From Dirinaria sp. TL-2023a (lineage: Eukaryota): DNA of 44,448 bases. The notes below the pieces were generated by a model, which ran no database searches, was not told where the DNA came from, and worked only from the letters and a program-made list of their open reading frames with translations. The stretch covers positions 1-44,448 of the forward strand of contig JAVEBF010000031.1 in NCBI GenBank assembly GCA_051941275.1, given 5' to 3'. A program made the position numbers and the translations under genes. Every line of letters starts with the position of its first letter. Position 1 is the stretch's first letter. Shown piece by piece: positions 12,192 to 24,908 of the stretch.

Positions 12192-15100
12192 ATGGATCGG
12201 TAAGGCATAGTCCTCATACTACATATTTTTGCTGATGCTCTCAGCCTCCCAGAGAGTCTGAGGCGCCGAGCACTGCGAAGAATTGCTGTATTGTCAGCTG
12301 GCAGTGGTGAAACACGCAGAGGCGAAGATGACTTCAAGAATCTGTGCACAATTTGCCCGTCACCCCAAGTTCAAGCGAATGGATTCCCTGACCCATCTGC
12401 TAAGAAACATTTTCCCTTATCCCAAACCCCCATGGTGAGTTTATGGAATAAGCTATTGCCCCTTCGCTCAAGTATTGATAGCTGCGCAGAGCCTCTCAGA
12501 GCTCGATGTTCTTCTGGCACTTTGTAAAGCCGCTTCGCTACTCGAGGATGCGGAGAAAGGAGAGCGTTTATTGCTCCAAATAACGCCATACATAGAGGAG
12601 GCATACAACCAAATAATAGCACCCTCGCCTTTTCTCCGCTCCATCGAGCCTTCGCCGTGGGAAGCTCTCAGCTATCATTTGGTAAGTGCAGCTCTTGTGA
12701 TCGGAATCAAATATCCAACGTTGCATGCCTCTGCACTTGAAAGCACTACTCGTTATCTTCGCAACTGCATGTCAGCTATGAGTACAGGCCAAGAGTCAAG
12801 CTATGAGCATGATCTATCTCCTAACGAGCTGCCCATGCGAACAAGACTCAGTATCGCCGCTCTGTCTGTATCCCTCGTTGGCTTCCTTAACGCAGCTTCT
12901 GAACATGCAGAATTCTACGACGTTTCCGAAATGCATGACTTAGTGGCTACGCTACGTGGGATACTCAGCGAAGGCTTCATGGTGTCAGTAGAAGGAGTGT
13001 TCTCCTCAATACGCACGGCCGATTCTAGCTATAAGCGACTCGCATATTGGCAATTATGGGCCAGACGTTATGCAGCCTCAGGACGGCCTCTAGGAGCAAT
13101 GCTACTCCAATGTGGCCTGATGGAGCTCCTGGTTTCATGTAGCTCATTGCAGATTGCAACCCGGCACCAATTGCAAAGAGCAGACATACTTTTCTTGGTT
13201 GAAAATCACAACTATTCACGAATCTCACAAGATGAAGCTACCTCGGTCCTCCTAGAGATACTGTCTGATACTGCAGCCGAAGAGATGCGCTTACTCGAAG
13301 ATGGCGCGGACTACTTGCAACTCGGTTCGACCTGGCAACAGCAGCTTGCATTTTCTGTGAAAGCTCATGCACTTCATACTTTTCTCAACTGTACGCTTGT
13401 GGATGAAAGCGTAGCAGATTTGGACACGTTGGTAGCCTGGCTGGAAGATACTATGGTAGACCCAGTGCAAATGGCGGACGAGAATGTATCCGGTATCGTC
13501 TTACGATCTATGGCTGTGGTGGCGAAACTCTCTCCGGCTGTTGCTTCAACGTTCAGTCGGTCACTGCCAAGGTTCATTGTACAAAGTGGTATCAAGGGAG
13601 AAACGGTGATCGTGGCAGCGCGCACTTTGACCTACATACTCCAGATGCTCTCTCAAGATGCGGTAATTACAGGTTTATACTCCCTGGGCAACGTGCTCAG
13701 TGGAGCATCTAACGCCGGCAGACCTCCTGGTGGACTGGGATCGCCAGACGGTGCGACTAGCCCTCAAGGAAATGGAAAGCAGTACGGTCTGCATCCTACC
13801 ACTAGCGCAATATCCCTGGATCTAGACAGTAACAATAATTCAGGCGCCGCATATAGCAGTATCGTGCGAGCTATAGTCGGTGTTGCAAGTTCATGCAAGG
13901 ACAATAAAATTACTGCCCTGGCCCAGTCAATGCTAGTACAAAAGCTCGGAAAAATCGATCTAGCTGTAGATATACGTATAATTACGGAAACAGCAACGCT
14001 CGCTACCAGTGGAAACCCATCAGAGTTTAGAACGTTGTTGAAACTTTACGCTCGAATCAGTCACGAAGGAGCCGTGCAGCGAAACACTATGCTAATTGCA
14101 GCTGTGAGTATTGGAAAGAATAGGCAATGCCTCTGCTGACCGGCTTGTAGGTACTCAAAGCAAGATTGTATCTGTCGACGTCGCTAGGCCTAGAATCGCC
14201 CCTGTTTGAAGCGTACTTGATCCATCTTCTCGAATCCATCATTAGCAAAGGCGATGTCCACGAAAGCGATAATACACATCAAGCAGATGTTGAGCTTGCT
14301 GCATCGGAGATAGTCGAGTTGCTGCCGCCTCTTGCAACCCTAGTGGCGAAAGTCAGCAAAGCGTCTTACCTAGTGCTGGATCCCAACATTAGACGCCTGT
14401 ATCGTGAAGCGTGGTTCAACATCGTTGTTCATGGTATTGCCGCGCAATCTGGCCTTGGGCAACAATATGACGACAAATTGCGAGCGATTGCAATACACTC
14501 ACCACCTTTGGTTGCTGATGATCGTGCTGACGAGCAATACGAGAGTGAAATTGAGCTCAACTCCATACTGAGGAGAGGAATGAATCCTCCTCACACAGCG
14601 GAACAAAAGAGACGTCTAATTACTCTTTTACCAAAGTGCGAATCCGACATTCGTAGCTTAAGCTATGCGAAGGTCATTTTCTTAAGTGCAGCATACCTGG
14701 TCGAGGTACTGCGAGCCGATGGGGGCGACTGCACTAGTCTGCTTCCTTATTTCTTAGATCCTAGCCTCAACGGCACGGCGATGGAGAATTGCATGGGTGC
14801 AATAGCAGACGAAGTGATGGACGTCTATCTACGTAAAACCCTGAGCGCCCGCTATGAAAATAACGCCTCGCCTAGGGTGGCGGCCCAGCTTGCATCGATC
14901 CTCGCTGGGTGTTGTCACAGAATATTGAGAGTGCAGCAAGTCGCTACCATGTGCGCTAACAGAATCATTACGCAAATCCCATCTTCGCTTTGCCAAAAGT
15001 CGTCCTTATTCGCTCTTTTGGAATTGTTGACAATTATGTGGTCAAGTTGTTTGGATGGGGAACTTGATGAATACGATTGGAAATCTAATTACACATCCGT

Positions 15101-18100
15101 CCGTGGCAATGTATCTGTAGCTCTCTCTGATGATTATGGATATCGAAGGTTCACCTTGGATGCCTTCCATAAAAGGGCGAGGTTGTGGGTAATGAGAATC
15201 ATCAACATCGCTCCTCTGGACGTTAAGGGCTTGTTTCAAGTATATCAAAAGAACTCAGATCCTTTTCGCTACTAACACGAAGCAGACTTACCTTGCGGAT
15301 TACGATGACGATGGGGCCTACGGTCACATCGCACTAGGCCGAAGTTTTGCGTCTGAGATGGGGGCGATCATCCCTACAGCCGATCAAAAGTTAGGTGAGT
15401 CTCTTATTCAGACGCTTTTCAGTCGGCACAAGGGCTTAGTTTTCTACAAAAGGCGCTATTGATCGCCACGGCGGTGTCAAAATCAATACCGCTTCAGATT
15501 TTATTGCTCAGTATACCACCCGTCAGGAGTACAAGTACGCGGATGCTTTACCAAAGAGTGAGAGGAAACAAGCAAGCCGTGCAGCAACTAGTAAGGCGAT
15601 ACCCGTTGCATTGTATAAAAAATTTGCTGATCATCGTGAAGAACAGAATGGCATGCCATCAAGCTGTAAAGCTGCAACCATTGCGGACATCGATCAGCAG
15701 ATCCTTGCTAATCTGGAACGTAATGCTCTCGAGGAAGAATCTTTGTCCACAGAACGGCTCCGTGACGTTTTGAGGCGAGCAGCCGCCCTTCTCTGTAGGA
15801 GTAAGAGTGATCATTGTGATATCGTGCATCATTTAGTCGGTCTCCCATTCTCCATCTTCACGAAACAATCAATCAAGCTCGGTATAGCACTATGGCTTGG
15901 GGTCATCAATGAGAACTCACGCATGGAGCCAAGAATCTTGGCCGAAGTCGCAGAGAATTGGGTTCTCTCCATCCGTAATGAAAGAGGCATTTTCAGCAAC
16001 AAGCTTAGGTAACTTGCATTCTCTCACAGTGACTTTTAACTGGTCTACCCACTGACAAGCTGTAGCTGCAAAGACCCGTTCTACGTGAAAGAAGAATTCG
16101 CCCCCTCGGACAAGAACGTCCTCTTCAAACGACAGCAAGCAGCTCATGACTTGATTGCGCCTCATCTGAGGATCTTGCAATTTCTAGCCAGTCACTTCAA
16201 TGCGACACGGTTGAGCAGTCCACACCTGCAGCGTGTCTTCCACCGTATCATTGTTGCAACCCTTGAAGGTTTACAACACTGCACTGGGCATCCGTTAGCT
16301 CGCGAAGTACATTTTCAGATAATAATGTTAGCTCTCAGTGTTCTAAGGCACAGTACAGCCCTTCATGCAGAGGCTCGCTGGAAGTTCAAAGACAGCATTC
16401 TGAGCGCCGCACTTCGATGGTTTTCTCACCCACCCAGGTTGGTCTCGTGCAAACGAATAGAAATCTAATACATACACACTAAGCATTCATAGGTGGTCTT
16501 TTGGTGGCAATAGATTGCAAATCAAAGCCGAAACTCGCCTCTTAGCCGACGTCGAGTCAGCCTTGCATACCGTCTGGCAAGTAGGCTTGAAAGTTGAAGG
16601 AAATTTTCAGTCTCTAGCGGCGAAACAGGAGCTGCTGTGTACGCTGCTTGAGAATGAACAAATGCGACTCGCCGTCTGGCTTCATCCTCTTGACTACGAC
16701 AAGAAGAATGTTTTCTCATTACCGCACTCCAATAAAGCGCCACACGAGGTGAGTAGGACACGAACACGAAACCGCGGTGAAGCTCTGACGGTAAAAAAAA
16801 GGTTAGCCTTATTCCACTCCTCAAGACAGCGTGGATCGAGCATCCCAGTCTTGCTGTACAAATTGCGGTCCGTTTTCCATCCATGCGACTATCTCAAGAT
16901 GTTCGCGCGTTGTTACTTGACAATCCCGAAAGAGCAATCGATGAGCCTGATGCTCTCCAAATATTACTTGGTCCGTCATTGCCACTGGACATTGGCTCCC
17001 AGCTCAAGGTGAGAGCATTAGCTGAGCGAGGACACCGGTACTGACTCACCTAGTTCCTTCTATACTGGGCTGCCGTAAATCCTATCACCGCTGTTACCTA
17101 CTTTCTGCCGGAGTACGGCAATCATCCATTCCTTGTTCAATATGCGATGCGAGCACTGGAAAGTCACTCCGTGGACGTGACCTTTTTCTACGTTCCGCAG
17201 ATAGTCCAGTCTCTGCGATATGATGCGCTTGGTTACGTGCAGCGATACATCATCGAGACTGCGAAAGTCTCCCAGCTTTTCGCACATCAAATTATCTGGA
17301 ACATGAGGGCTAATGCGTACAAGGACGAGGACTCAAGCATTGTGAGCCTAACCAGAGTGTGCGCGCCAGTCGAGATACAAAAGCTAACATTTCAATGCAG
17401 GAGGACCCATTGAAACCGACTTTGGACCTCGTCATGGACAACATGATTAACAGCTTTTCAGGCAGTGATAAAACTTTCTACGAACGCGAGTTCTCATTTT
17501 TCAACGAGATTACAGACATCTCGGGAAAGCTTCGGCCGTTTATCAAGAAAAGTAAGCCAGAGAAGAAGCAGAAGATCGAGGAGGAGTTACGGAAGATCAA
17601 GGTCGAGGTTGGTGTCTATTTGCCCAGCAATCCTGACGGTACAGTAATCGGAATCGATCGCAAATCCGGTAAACCGTTGCAGAGTCACGCCAAGGCGCCA
17701 TACATGGCAACTTTCAGGATCAAAAAATCAATAGTTGAATCAGATAATGCAGAGTTGCTGCAAAGCCCCAACGTGGATTCTCAGTCCGGCACCAGTAAGC
17801 AAGAATCTCGGGAAAGCACTTTCGAAATCTGGCAATCTGCTATTTTCAAAGTAGGCGATGACTGCCGTCAAGACATCCTTGCCTTGCAATTGATAGCCGC
17901 TTTCCGCGGGATTTTCAATAACGTGGGATTGGATGTTTATGTATATCCGTATCGAGTGACCGCTACAGCTCCAGGATGCGGGGTCATTGACGTCCTGCCT
18001 AATTCGATCTCAAGGGACATGCTCGGTCGAGAGGCCGTCAACGGCCTGTATGATTACTTCATATCCAAGTACGGCGCCGAGACCTCCATTCGGTTCCAGG

Positions 18101-18609
18101 AAGCACGCATCAATTTTGTCAAGAGCATGGCAGCATACTCCGTTATCTCGTATTTACTACAGTTCAAAGACCGTCACAACGGCAACATCATGATCGACGA
18201 TGAGGGACATATCCTGCACATTGACTTCGGCTTCTGTTTCGACATTGCACCAGGCGGTGTTCGCTTTGAGCGCGCCCCTTTCAAGCTTACGTCCGAAATG
18301 GTGGCGGTTATGGGAGGCAGCAATGAATCCCAGTCGTACCGGTGGTTCGAGGAGCTCTGCGTCAAGTCATTCCTTGCTTCGCGGCAGCACACGGAAAAAC
18401 TCTGCCATATTGTCGTGCTCATGCTCGGCAGCGGTCTACCGTGCTTCAAGCCAGACACTGTCGCTCACCTGCGGCAAAGGTTCGTCCTGGAGAAGAACGA
18501 ACGCGAAGCAGCAGAGTTCATGAGAGACCTTATCAAGAAAAGTCACAAGAATTTTTCGACCAGAGGCTATGACTCGTTCCAACTAGTCACGAACGGAATA
18601 CCCCACTAG
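12192..18609 (+). CDS. STT4: Phosphatidylinositol 4-kinase III-alpha (Stt4); 11 exons
   Basis: ATG at 12192; introns 12200-12244, 12435-12489, 14104-14150, 15240-15285, 15395-15452, 16009-16065, 16438-16492, 16749-16801, 17009-17053, 17342-17400. PIK helical motif FFYVPQIVQSLRYD; catalytic motifs FKVGDDCRQD, KDRHNGN and HIDFG. Confidence 0.95.
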
Positions 18610-18966
18610 TGGATAGGAGGCAGGAGGATTCTAGCGTTGTGGGACGACCGGAGCCTGACCGGGGTCACAGCTTCGTTGTGTGACTGTCCAAGCGTGCGAT
18701 CATACATCGTATGCAGTCAGCATTAACGAAGATGTGTCGTGTGCAGATGAATCGCCGAAAGTGAACGAGCGAGGAGGCTTTTCGCCTCGATAGTTCAGGT
18801 CAGCGCCAGCTTTTGGTAGAATCTTCAGCAGCATTGGTCAGTAGTGGTGCTATTTCCATGTGTGCACAATGACAAGGGAAATGTTCGAAGCGCTAGGATC
18901 ATGAGGGGGGATATTTTTACCGAGTGGCAATAATGAGCGCCTTCCAGTAGGACGTCGGGACAGCGG

Positions 18967-19039
18967 CCCTAGGCCTAGGGATTGAGGGATTGAGGAATTG
19001 AGGGATTGGCCCCTGACCCCCTGAGCCCCTGAGGCCTGA
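18967..19039. repeat. 14-bp palindrome followed by two adjacent 8-bp-period tandem arrays
   Basis: CCCTAGGCCTAGGG at 18967-18980; (GGRATTGR)x4 at 18978-19009; (CCCCTGAS)x3 at 19010-19033 plus a partial copy. Confidence 0.85.
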
Positions 19040-19793
19040 ATTCATGTTTAAAGTTTGGCATTAAAATAGATCGGAGGCGCCTCGGGCGCTTAAGCAGGGA
19101 TGTCATGCAAGGATTCCCCAAGAGCGAATCAGTGTGACGATCCACAACTGAACTGATACAACACAATTTCAATGTTCACCTTTGGCCGAAGCACGGTAGT
19201 GGTGGGATGCCAATGGATATGATGAAACACCGTCGTCCACATTAGTCGCTGTGAACCGTCTCGAAGACCTCTGTGCAAACCAAATTACCTGAACCATATC
19301 GTTCAAAGGAGGTATGTCTCGCAACGCCATCGTGTGCTTCGTTCTTGTCCGAGCGTAACTTTTGACCCTCATCCCTCCTATGAAAATTCTACGTAACGGG
19401 CAGCTTGTTTAAAAATCCACTGAAGCCCCTAATTTTATCATGATCATTGCTCGACAAGACAGCCGTCGCCTCGTCAACGCAATTCTCTGTGCAAGGAAAC
19501 CTTTTTCTTCAACACGTACCCGATGCCTAGTCTATTTGTCGAGTACACGAGCTTATTGAGCGGACTTGTTTCCATTTTCTAGTGGTGATCATATGAGAAA
19601 CTGGGCAAGCCGAATCACAAGACCATTCTACAGTTGTCCAAGTTCCTTGCGCCACAGCTGGCGCTATTCAAACACCAACCCTGCGTAGCTAAGCTTGGTT
19701 ATCACTCTTGCACATTCCAGCAGTCAAAGAAGCCTACTGGTGGAAATCACCGGCAGTGCAGTCAAAGCTCCCCAGCCAATTGAAACGGCAAAA

Positions 19794-22068
19794 ATGGCGT
19801 ACTTGACTCCGGATGAAAGACATACTGGGGCTGACCCCGAAACTTTGTATACAAGACAAAATTGTATTGGTACGTAGTAAGTCTACTTTTAGTACGAGCA
19901 TTGCTGAGCGGGCATTGTTGCAGGCGGTGGTAGCTTTGGGAAAGTCTATAAAGGGTTTGTCAGATTTCGGCCATGCATTGCAGTGCCCAGCTTTGCTCAC
20001 CTCTAATCAGAGTCGATAAACGTACGGGCCAAGCAGTAGCAATTAAAGTTATTGATGTCGAGAATGCAGAGGACGAGGTCGAGGATATCATCCAAGAGAT
20101 TTCCATCCTCTCCGAGCTTCACTCTCCTTATGTCACTCAGTATCATGGATCATTCCTGAAAGGCTCTGATTTATGGATCATAATGGAGTTCTGTTCTGGA
20201 GGGAGTTGCTCTGATCTGATGAAGCCCGGCCTTATTCCCGAAGAATACATAACTATTATAATCAGAGAGCTACTCATGGGCCTCGAATACTTGCACGGCG
20301 ACAAAAAACTACATCGAGATATCAAAGGTACGCATAGAACCTCGTACAGAAGATTCGCCGAGGCTAATCTACATCCTAAATAGCGGCCAACGTACTGCTA
20401 GGGGCTAACGGTCAAGTCAAGCTTGCGGACTTCGGTGTCTCTGGCCAACTCTCCGCTACAATGACCAAGAAGAATACGTTTGTTGGCACGCCTTTCTGGA
20501 TGGCGCCAGAGGTCATTAAACAGTCGGGCTACGACCACAAAGCAGACATCTGGTCGCTCGGTATCACTGCGTTGGAGCTGGCGCATGGCGAGCCTCCATA
20601 TTCAGATATCCATCCTATGAAAGTACTTTTCTTGATTCCGAAGAATGCTCCGCCTACTTTACAAGGCGATTTCAGCAGAGCGTTCAAAGATTTTGTAGAT
20701 CTATGCGTCAGGCGCGACCCACGAGAGCGGCCAACGGCAAAGGAGCTCTTGAGGCATCCATTCATTCGCAAGGGCAAAAAGACAACGTATCTAACCGAGC
20801 TCATTGAAAGGTATGAGCGTTGGCAAGCTGTTCATGGTAATGACGGGTCCGATAAGGAAGAGGACGAGAGAATGCAAGATTTTCATTCCCGAAACCCTGT
20901 GAATGAAGATTTGTGGGATTTCGGGACTGTCAGACCTGCAGGAAACCGAGGCGCAGGCCTAAGGGCTATGAACGACGCCGCAGCTAATGCCCGCTCAAGC
21001 AATGGCCAGGTTGCCGATCAAAGGGAGTGCAGCTTAAAAGTACTATCGGATGTCGACAAGAAGGCACTCTTCGGCGACCAGAATACTAGAAATGGGAAGC
21101 TGAGTCCACCCGATAATGCACAAGCAAGAGAATCGTCGCCTATAAGGTCCAAACCAAACCCAGTACCCATGTCGCCCGGTGTGGCCGCCAGGGTGCCTTT
21201 GCCGCCGTCCCCTTCCAAAGGCATGCCGCCTCCACCAGCAAGGGATACTCCTTCTAGGCCCATTTCCTCGCACCATAAGCCTGGCAATGAGCCTCGTCGG
21301 TCCGTCGATTACGACCCTGATTCCCAGGATTCGGTGGAAAAAGGTTTGCAATTCCTGCATGTAAGCCATGCATTTGACAATACGAAGACTCAAGATCAAA
21401 ATGTCCGATTTTCGCCACAGATGGAAGCACACTCATTACCCCAAAAACCGCTTCCACCACTGAGAATTCAAGAAATCCCTCCCTTTCGGGGGCCAACTGG
21501 GGCTCAGCCATTGCAGAGTCTCCCTACTCAAACGTCCCAAATACAAAGCCCGCAGCAGCAGGTACCGGTTGCTCAACAGCAACCTCTACCGGCATTTTCT
21601 CCTAGAAACCTTCTGCCTTCCCAGCAGCCTGTACCACCACCATCAATTGCCCAGCAAGGGAACGTGGACGTTCAGTTAGAGGCTTCTGCCCCACGCACAT
21701 CTACAGAGCCTGTCAATCCAATCACCTTCCCAGCATCATCACCCAACGGTGAGCTGACGGCATTGAATGGCGTAATCGTTCCTGCTCTTGAGGCTGCACT
21801 TCAACGCCGTACCTACAACATGAATGCCTTACTATCTCAAACCAGTAAGACCAGTACGACCAACGGGAGAGCAACTGATGATCTTGCCATGAAACGTCAA
21901 TACGCCCATGACAAGTTGAAAAGGCTTGTTGTTAAAGCTGCGGGCGTATTTGCCGAGATCGAAAGATGGGATATCGACGCACCGGTAGGGATGGGAGGCG
22001 ATGTCAATGCGTTCTTGGAAGGGTTTCTTGAGGAAGTCCTTGTCCGAGTAGAAGCGGAAGATGAATAG
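19794..22068 (+). CDS. Ste20-family GCK-III (MST3/STK24-like) Ser/Thr kinase; 4 exons
   Basis: ATG at 19794; introns 19870-19923, 19955-20010, 20328-20383. Motifs IGGGSFGKVYKG, AIK, HRDIKAAN, DFG and GTPFWMAPEVI. N-terminal kinase domain, Pro/Gln-rich linker, helical C-terminus ending FLEGFLEEVLVRVEAEDE. Confidence 0.9.
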
Positions 22069-22463
22069 GAGTTCGAGATACCAGGCAGGCCCTGGACAAC
22101 TTCCCATGTCGCAGTGTATGATACATGTATGAAGACAACGGCAGTGTCCGGGTTTTATGGGACATCATGCTTTCTGTGCTTCTCGTGGGATAGCAGCTTG
22201 CAAAGTTGCGCTACATTTTGCTCTATTGATGGGAGGTAGGCTCCAGACAGGGACATCGCATTGTGCAGAGCGCTGACAATCGGCGTATTGATACCTCTTC
22301 TATGATCTTGTGGCGAATTATCTGGGAACCTCCACAGAATAGATCTATCCGACTTTTCGGTAACAGTGATAGACGTAGCCTGAACTCCATACCACAAAAA
22401 AGCACTTAAAAGCCGTTAAAGAGGTCTGACTGATCTCAAATGACGGTGGCGCAATCATCCAGG

Positions 22464-23002
22464 CTAGAAGAATAGTCGTAGCAACTCGAAAAGCAAGCCT
22501 CCGCAGACGACAAAAGCGAGTAATGCTGGAACATACTTGCGTTAGCATGGATTTCAAAGGTCCTCTGCCGCGGCCAGTTCTTGTCTTTCCAACGTAGAGT
22601 GCAATCAACCCAAGTTTGCAACTCCTCGTTCTAATCGCATTTTTGAGCACTAGCCGTTGCTCCAGACGTCTGGTCTGTGCTGCGCACGAGGAAATCAAAC
22701 CAAAGCGTTTGACTCACCTATCCAACCCTTGCTTATCGGCGAGGTGACCTTTTCCTTCTTTTTAATCGCGCTCTCTGGCTTTCCACGCTTGGCCGACTCC
22801 TGTCTGGCGTACCGTTCGTTGGCTTTCCGCTGTTGGAGAGTCTGTGCTTGGGCCTAAGAATTGTGCGATTAGCTTCCGGCAGATAGGTGTCGAGCTACAA
22901 ATACAAAGACTGTGCTTCTCGAGCCAATAGCCGTGCCCAATGACCGGAGCTGAGGGGTGAGAAGAGAATAGAAATGGCGAGGAAGGAGGGCGGCTTTACC
23001 AT
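22464..23002 (-). CDS. YSY6: Ribosome-associated membrane protein RAMP4/SERP1 (Ysy6-like), 66 aa; 3 exons; absent from the ORF track
   Basis: Exons 23000-23002 (ATG), 22718-22853 and 22464-22525 splice to MAQAQTLQQRKANERYARQESAKRGKPESAIKKKEKVTSPISKGWIALLAFVVCGGLLFELLRLFF*: a basic N-terminus plus a C-terminal TM segment with the FVVCGG signature. Confidence 0.9.
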
Positions 23003-23493
23003 GATAGATACTGTAGGATTCAAGAGAGACACAGGGGTGTCAGCTGTCAAGAATTGGGACGGTGAAGGTCTGTAGATCGATTGGCTATTGGACTATTGGA
23101 CTCAAGATTATAGGCGCAGAGACGATATCGGATGAAAGCTTGCACGATATTGCGACAAAATCAAGCAGAAAAAATAATGGTACGAGCCCAATTGGATTTG
23201 GAGAAAGTTAAAGACGCGGCGTTTCTTGTACTTGTATCTCATCTTGAAGTCTGGCGTTGGGGGCCGGCAAATCCTCGGCGCTGCGGCGGCCGGCGAAGTT
23301 CACTCATACTCCCTCAAGTCCTTCTCTCGTTCACTCTGGCGTGCCTACTCATTATTGCGAATCGCATTCCGACTCTGCGCTTCAGCAGAAGCTTGAGCAG
23401 CTTCGATGTCCTTTGCCAGACCTTGACGACCTTGTTCGATGGACCCGTGAGCCTTCTCAGGCCGCTTCCACATACGTTGCCCCGTGCTAAGCA

Positions 23494-23867
23494 ATGAGCC
23501 CAACCTTCCGTCTTCCTGCGTCTAAGGCCTACTCGACTCAGCAGCGTCCTGCTGCTTCTGCAAAAGCTACGTCACCACACGTATCGCTCCCGTGCTCCTT
23601 ATCCAAATTCCATTTCTAATCAGGCACCCCAGGTTGGGTTCTACAAGTCCTTCGGCTGGCCCGTAGCTAAGGTTTTCCTTGGAGCCGTCTTTACATACCA
23701 GGTTACTTATTTGTTGTGGGTAAAGCTTGAACAAGAGGAGACGAAAGAGCAAAAGCGAGGTTCCTTGTCACGATCCCTCTAAAGGCCAGCTTACGCTTAC
23801 GATTCTGCTCACAGAAGAAATTAAAAGCCTACAGAACGAGCTTCAGAAGGCGAAGAATGCTCGCTAA
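23494..23867 (+). CDS. Small mitochondrial inner-membrane protein, INA17-like; at least 3 exons; start uncertain
   Basis: Exons 23494-23580, 23633-23759 and 23815-23867 give MSPTFRLPASKAYSTQQRPAASAKATSPHVGFYKSFGWPVAKVFLGAVFTYQVTYLLWVKLEQEETKEQKREEIKSLQNELQKAKNAR*: presequence-like N-terminus, one TM segment, coiled coil. The family call rests on recalled similarity. Confidence 0.7.
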
Positions 23868-24504
23868 ATGGCGTTGAGAAGATACTCTAGAGCTTATTGC
23901 ATTTTCCGCTCGACCTTCTTGTGAGGAGTATTGAAAATGGAGAAGCTCCTCTGGTTCGGCCCATTACACAGTCCCTTGGATGAGCGCAACAATACCTATT
24001 AGGCGATTGTGGTTCGCCATTGTCGAGAACATGCAGGCCTGCCCTGGAATGCACCTCGAACAGCCCTTCTAGCCATAGCCTTCGTGGATTATGGGTGGAC
24101 CATCAATAGCGCAGACAAGACGTCGACAGAGCTTTGGAAAGCGCTTAAGGTTTACAGGAAGTCAAACTGCTTCCTGCTCTGCTAGAGGTAAAATTCGACG
24201 CAAAATACAAAGTACGAGCGACAATAGCGATGAAGCGCTACTTGGGCAACTGGACATAGAATAGGGTACTTTCTGCAATGTCTTAACATATATTGTCACT
24301 AAATTTTATAGCCTAATCGTCTATTGGAACTAAAGTTGAATTTTCTCCACACATTTTTCTCTGAACGAGATTTTCTCATTTTCTCTAATAAAATCATAAA
24401 CTGTTTTATAGCAACCGTTGGTTTGACAAGTTATTGGGAGAGTATTGCTGGTAATACGAGATGTGGCGGTCTCAGTTCTGCCTACGAGAGGTCAAATTCT
24501 AGAT

Positions 24505-24519
24505 ATTCTAGAATTTTCT
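24505..24519. promoter_or_regulatory. Perfect three-unit heat-shock-element-like sequence
   Basis: aTTCtaGAAttTTCt matches nTTCnnGAAnnTTCn, about 390 bp upstream of the lipase ATG. Confidence 0.3.
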
Positions 24520-24908
24520 ATGTCAATGCGCCATCAACGCGATGCACGTCAGAACCTCGCGTTACCTTACTCTCGTGATCACTGGATCAGGTATGATGAG
24601 GGATTGGTAGAAAGATCTATGCTATCTCGATTACATGTATGTAGTTTGGCGTCTCAACAGTGGGCGCTTTCCAACGCTACCTGCTAAAAGTAAAGGTACC
24701 TTAAGATACTCGTACATGTAAGATTACCTAAGCTAAGGCAATGAATACCTTAGTATGACGTTATAGTGCTATTTTCGCGCCTTTCCCGTCTAAGATTGGA
24801 GCGCGTCAATCTAACCAGCGGACGATCTCTTGTGAACTCCGGAAGAAATGTACACCCATGAACACATCTACGCAACCTCTTCGATGTCCTTCATGACATC
24901 TGTGCAAG

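Noticed and set aside
23900..24690. About 0.8 kb between the INA17-like gene and the lipase, with short ORFs and an AT-rich patch
   Set aside because: No recognisable protein, terminal repeat or transposase remnant; no gene model could be built.
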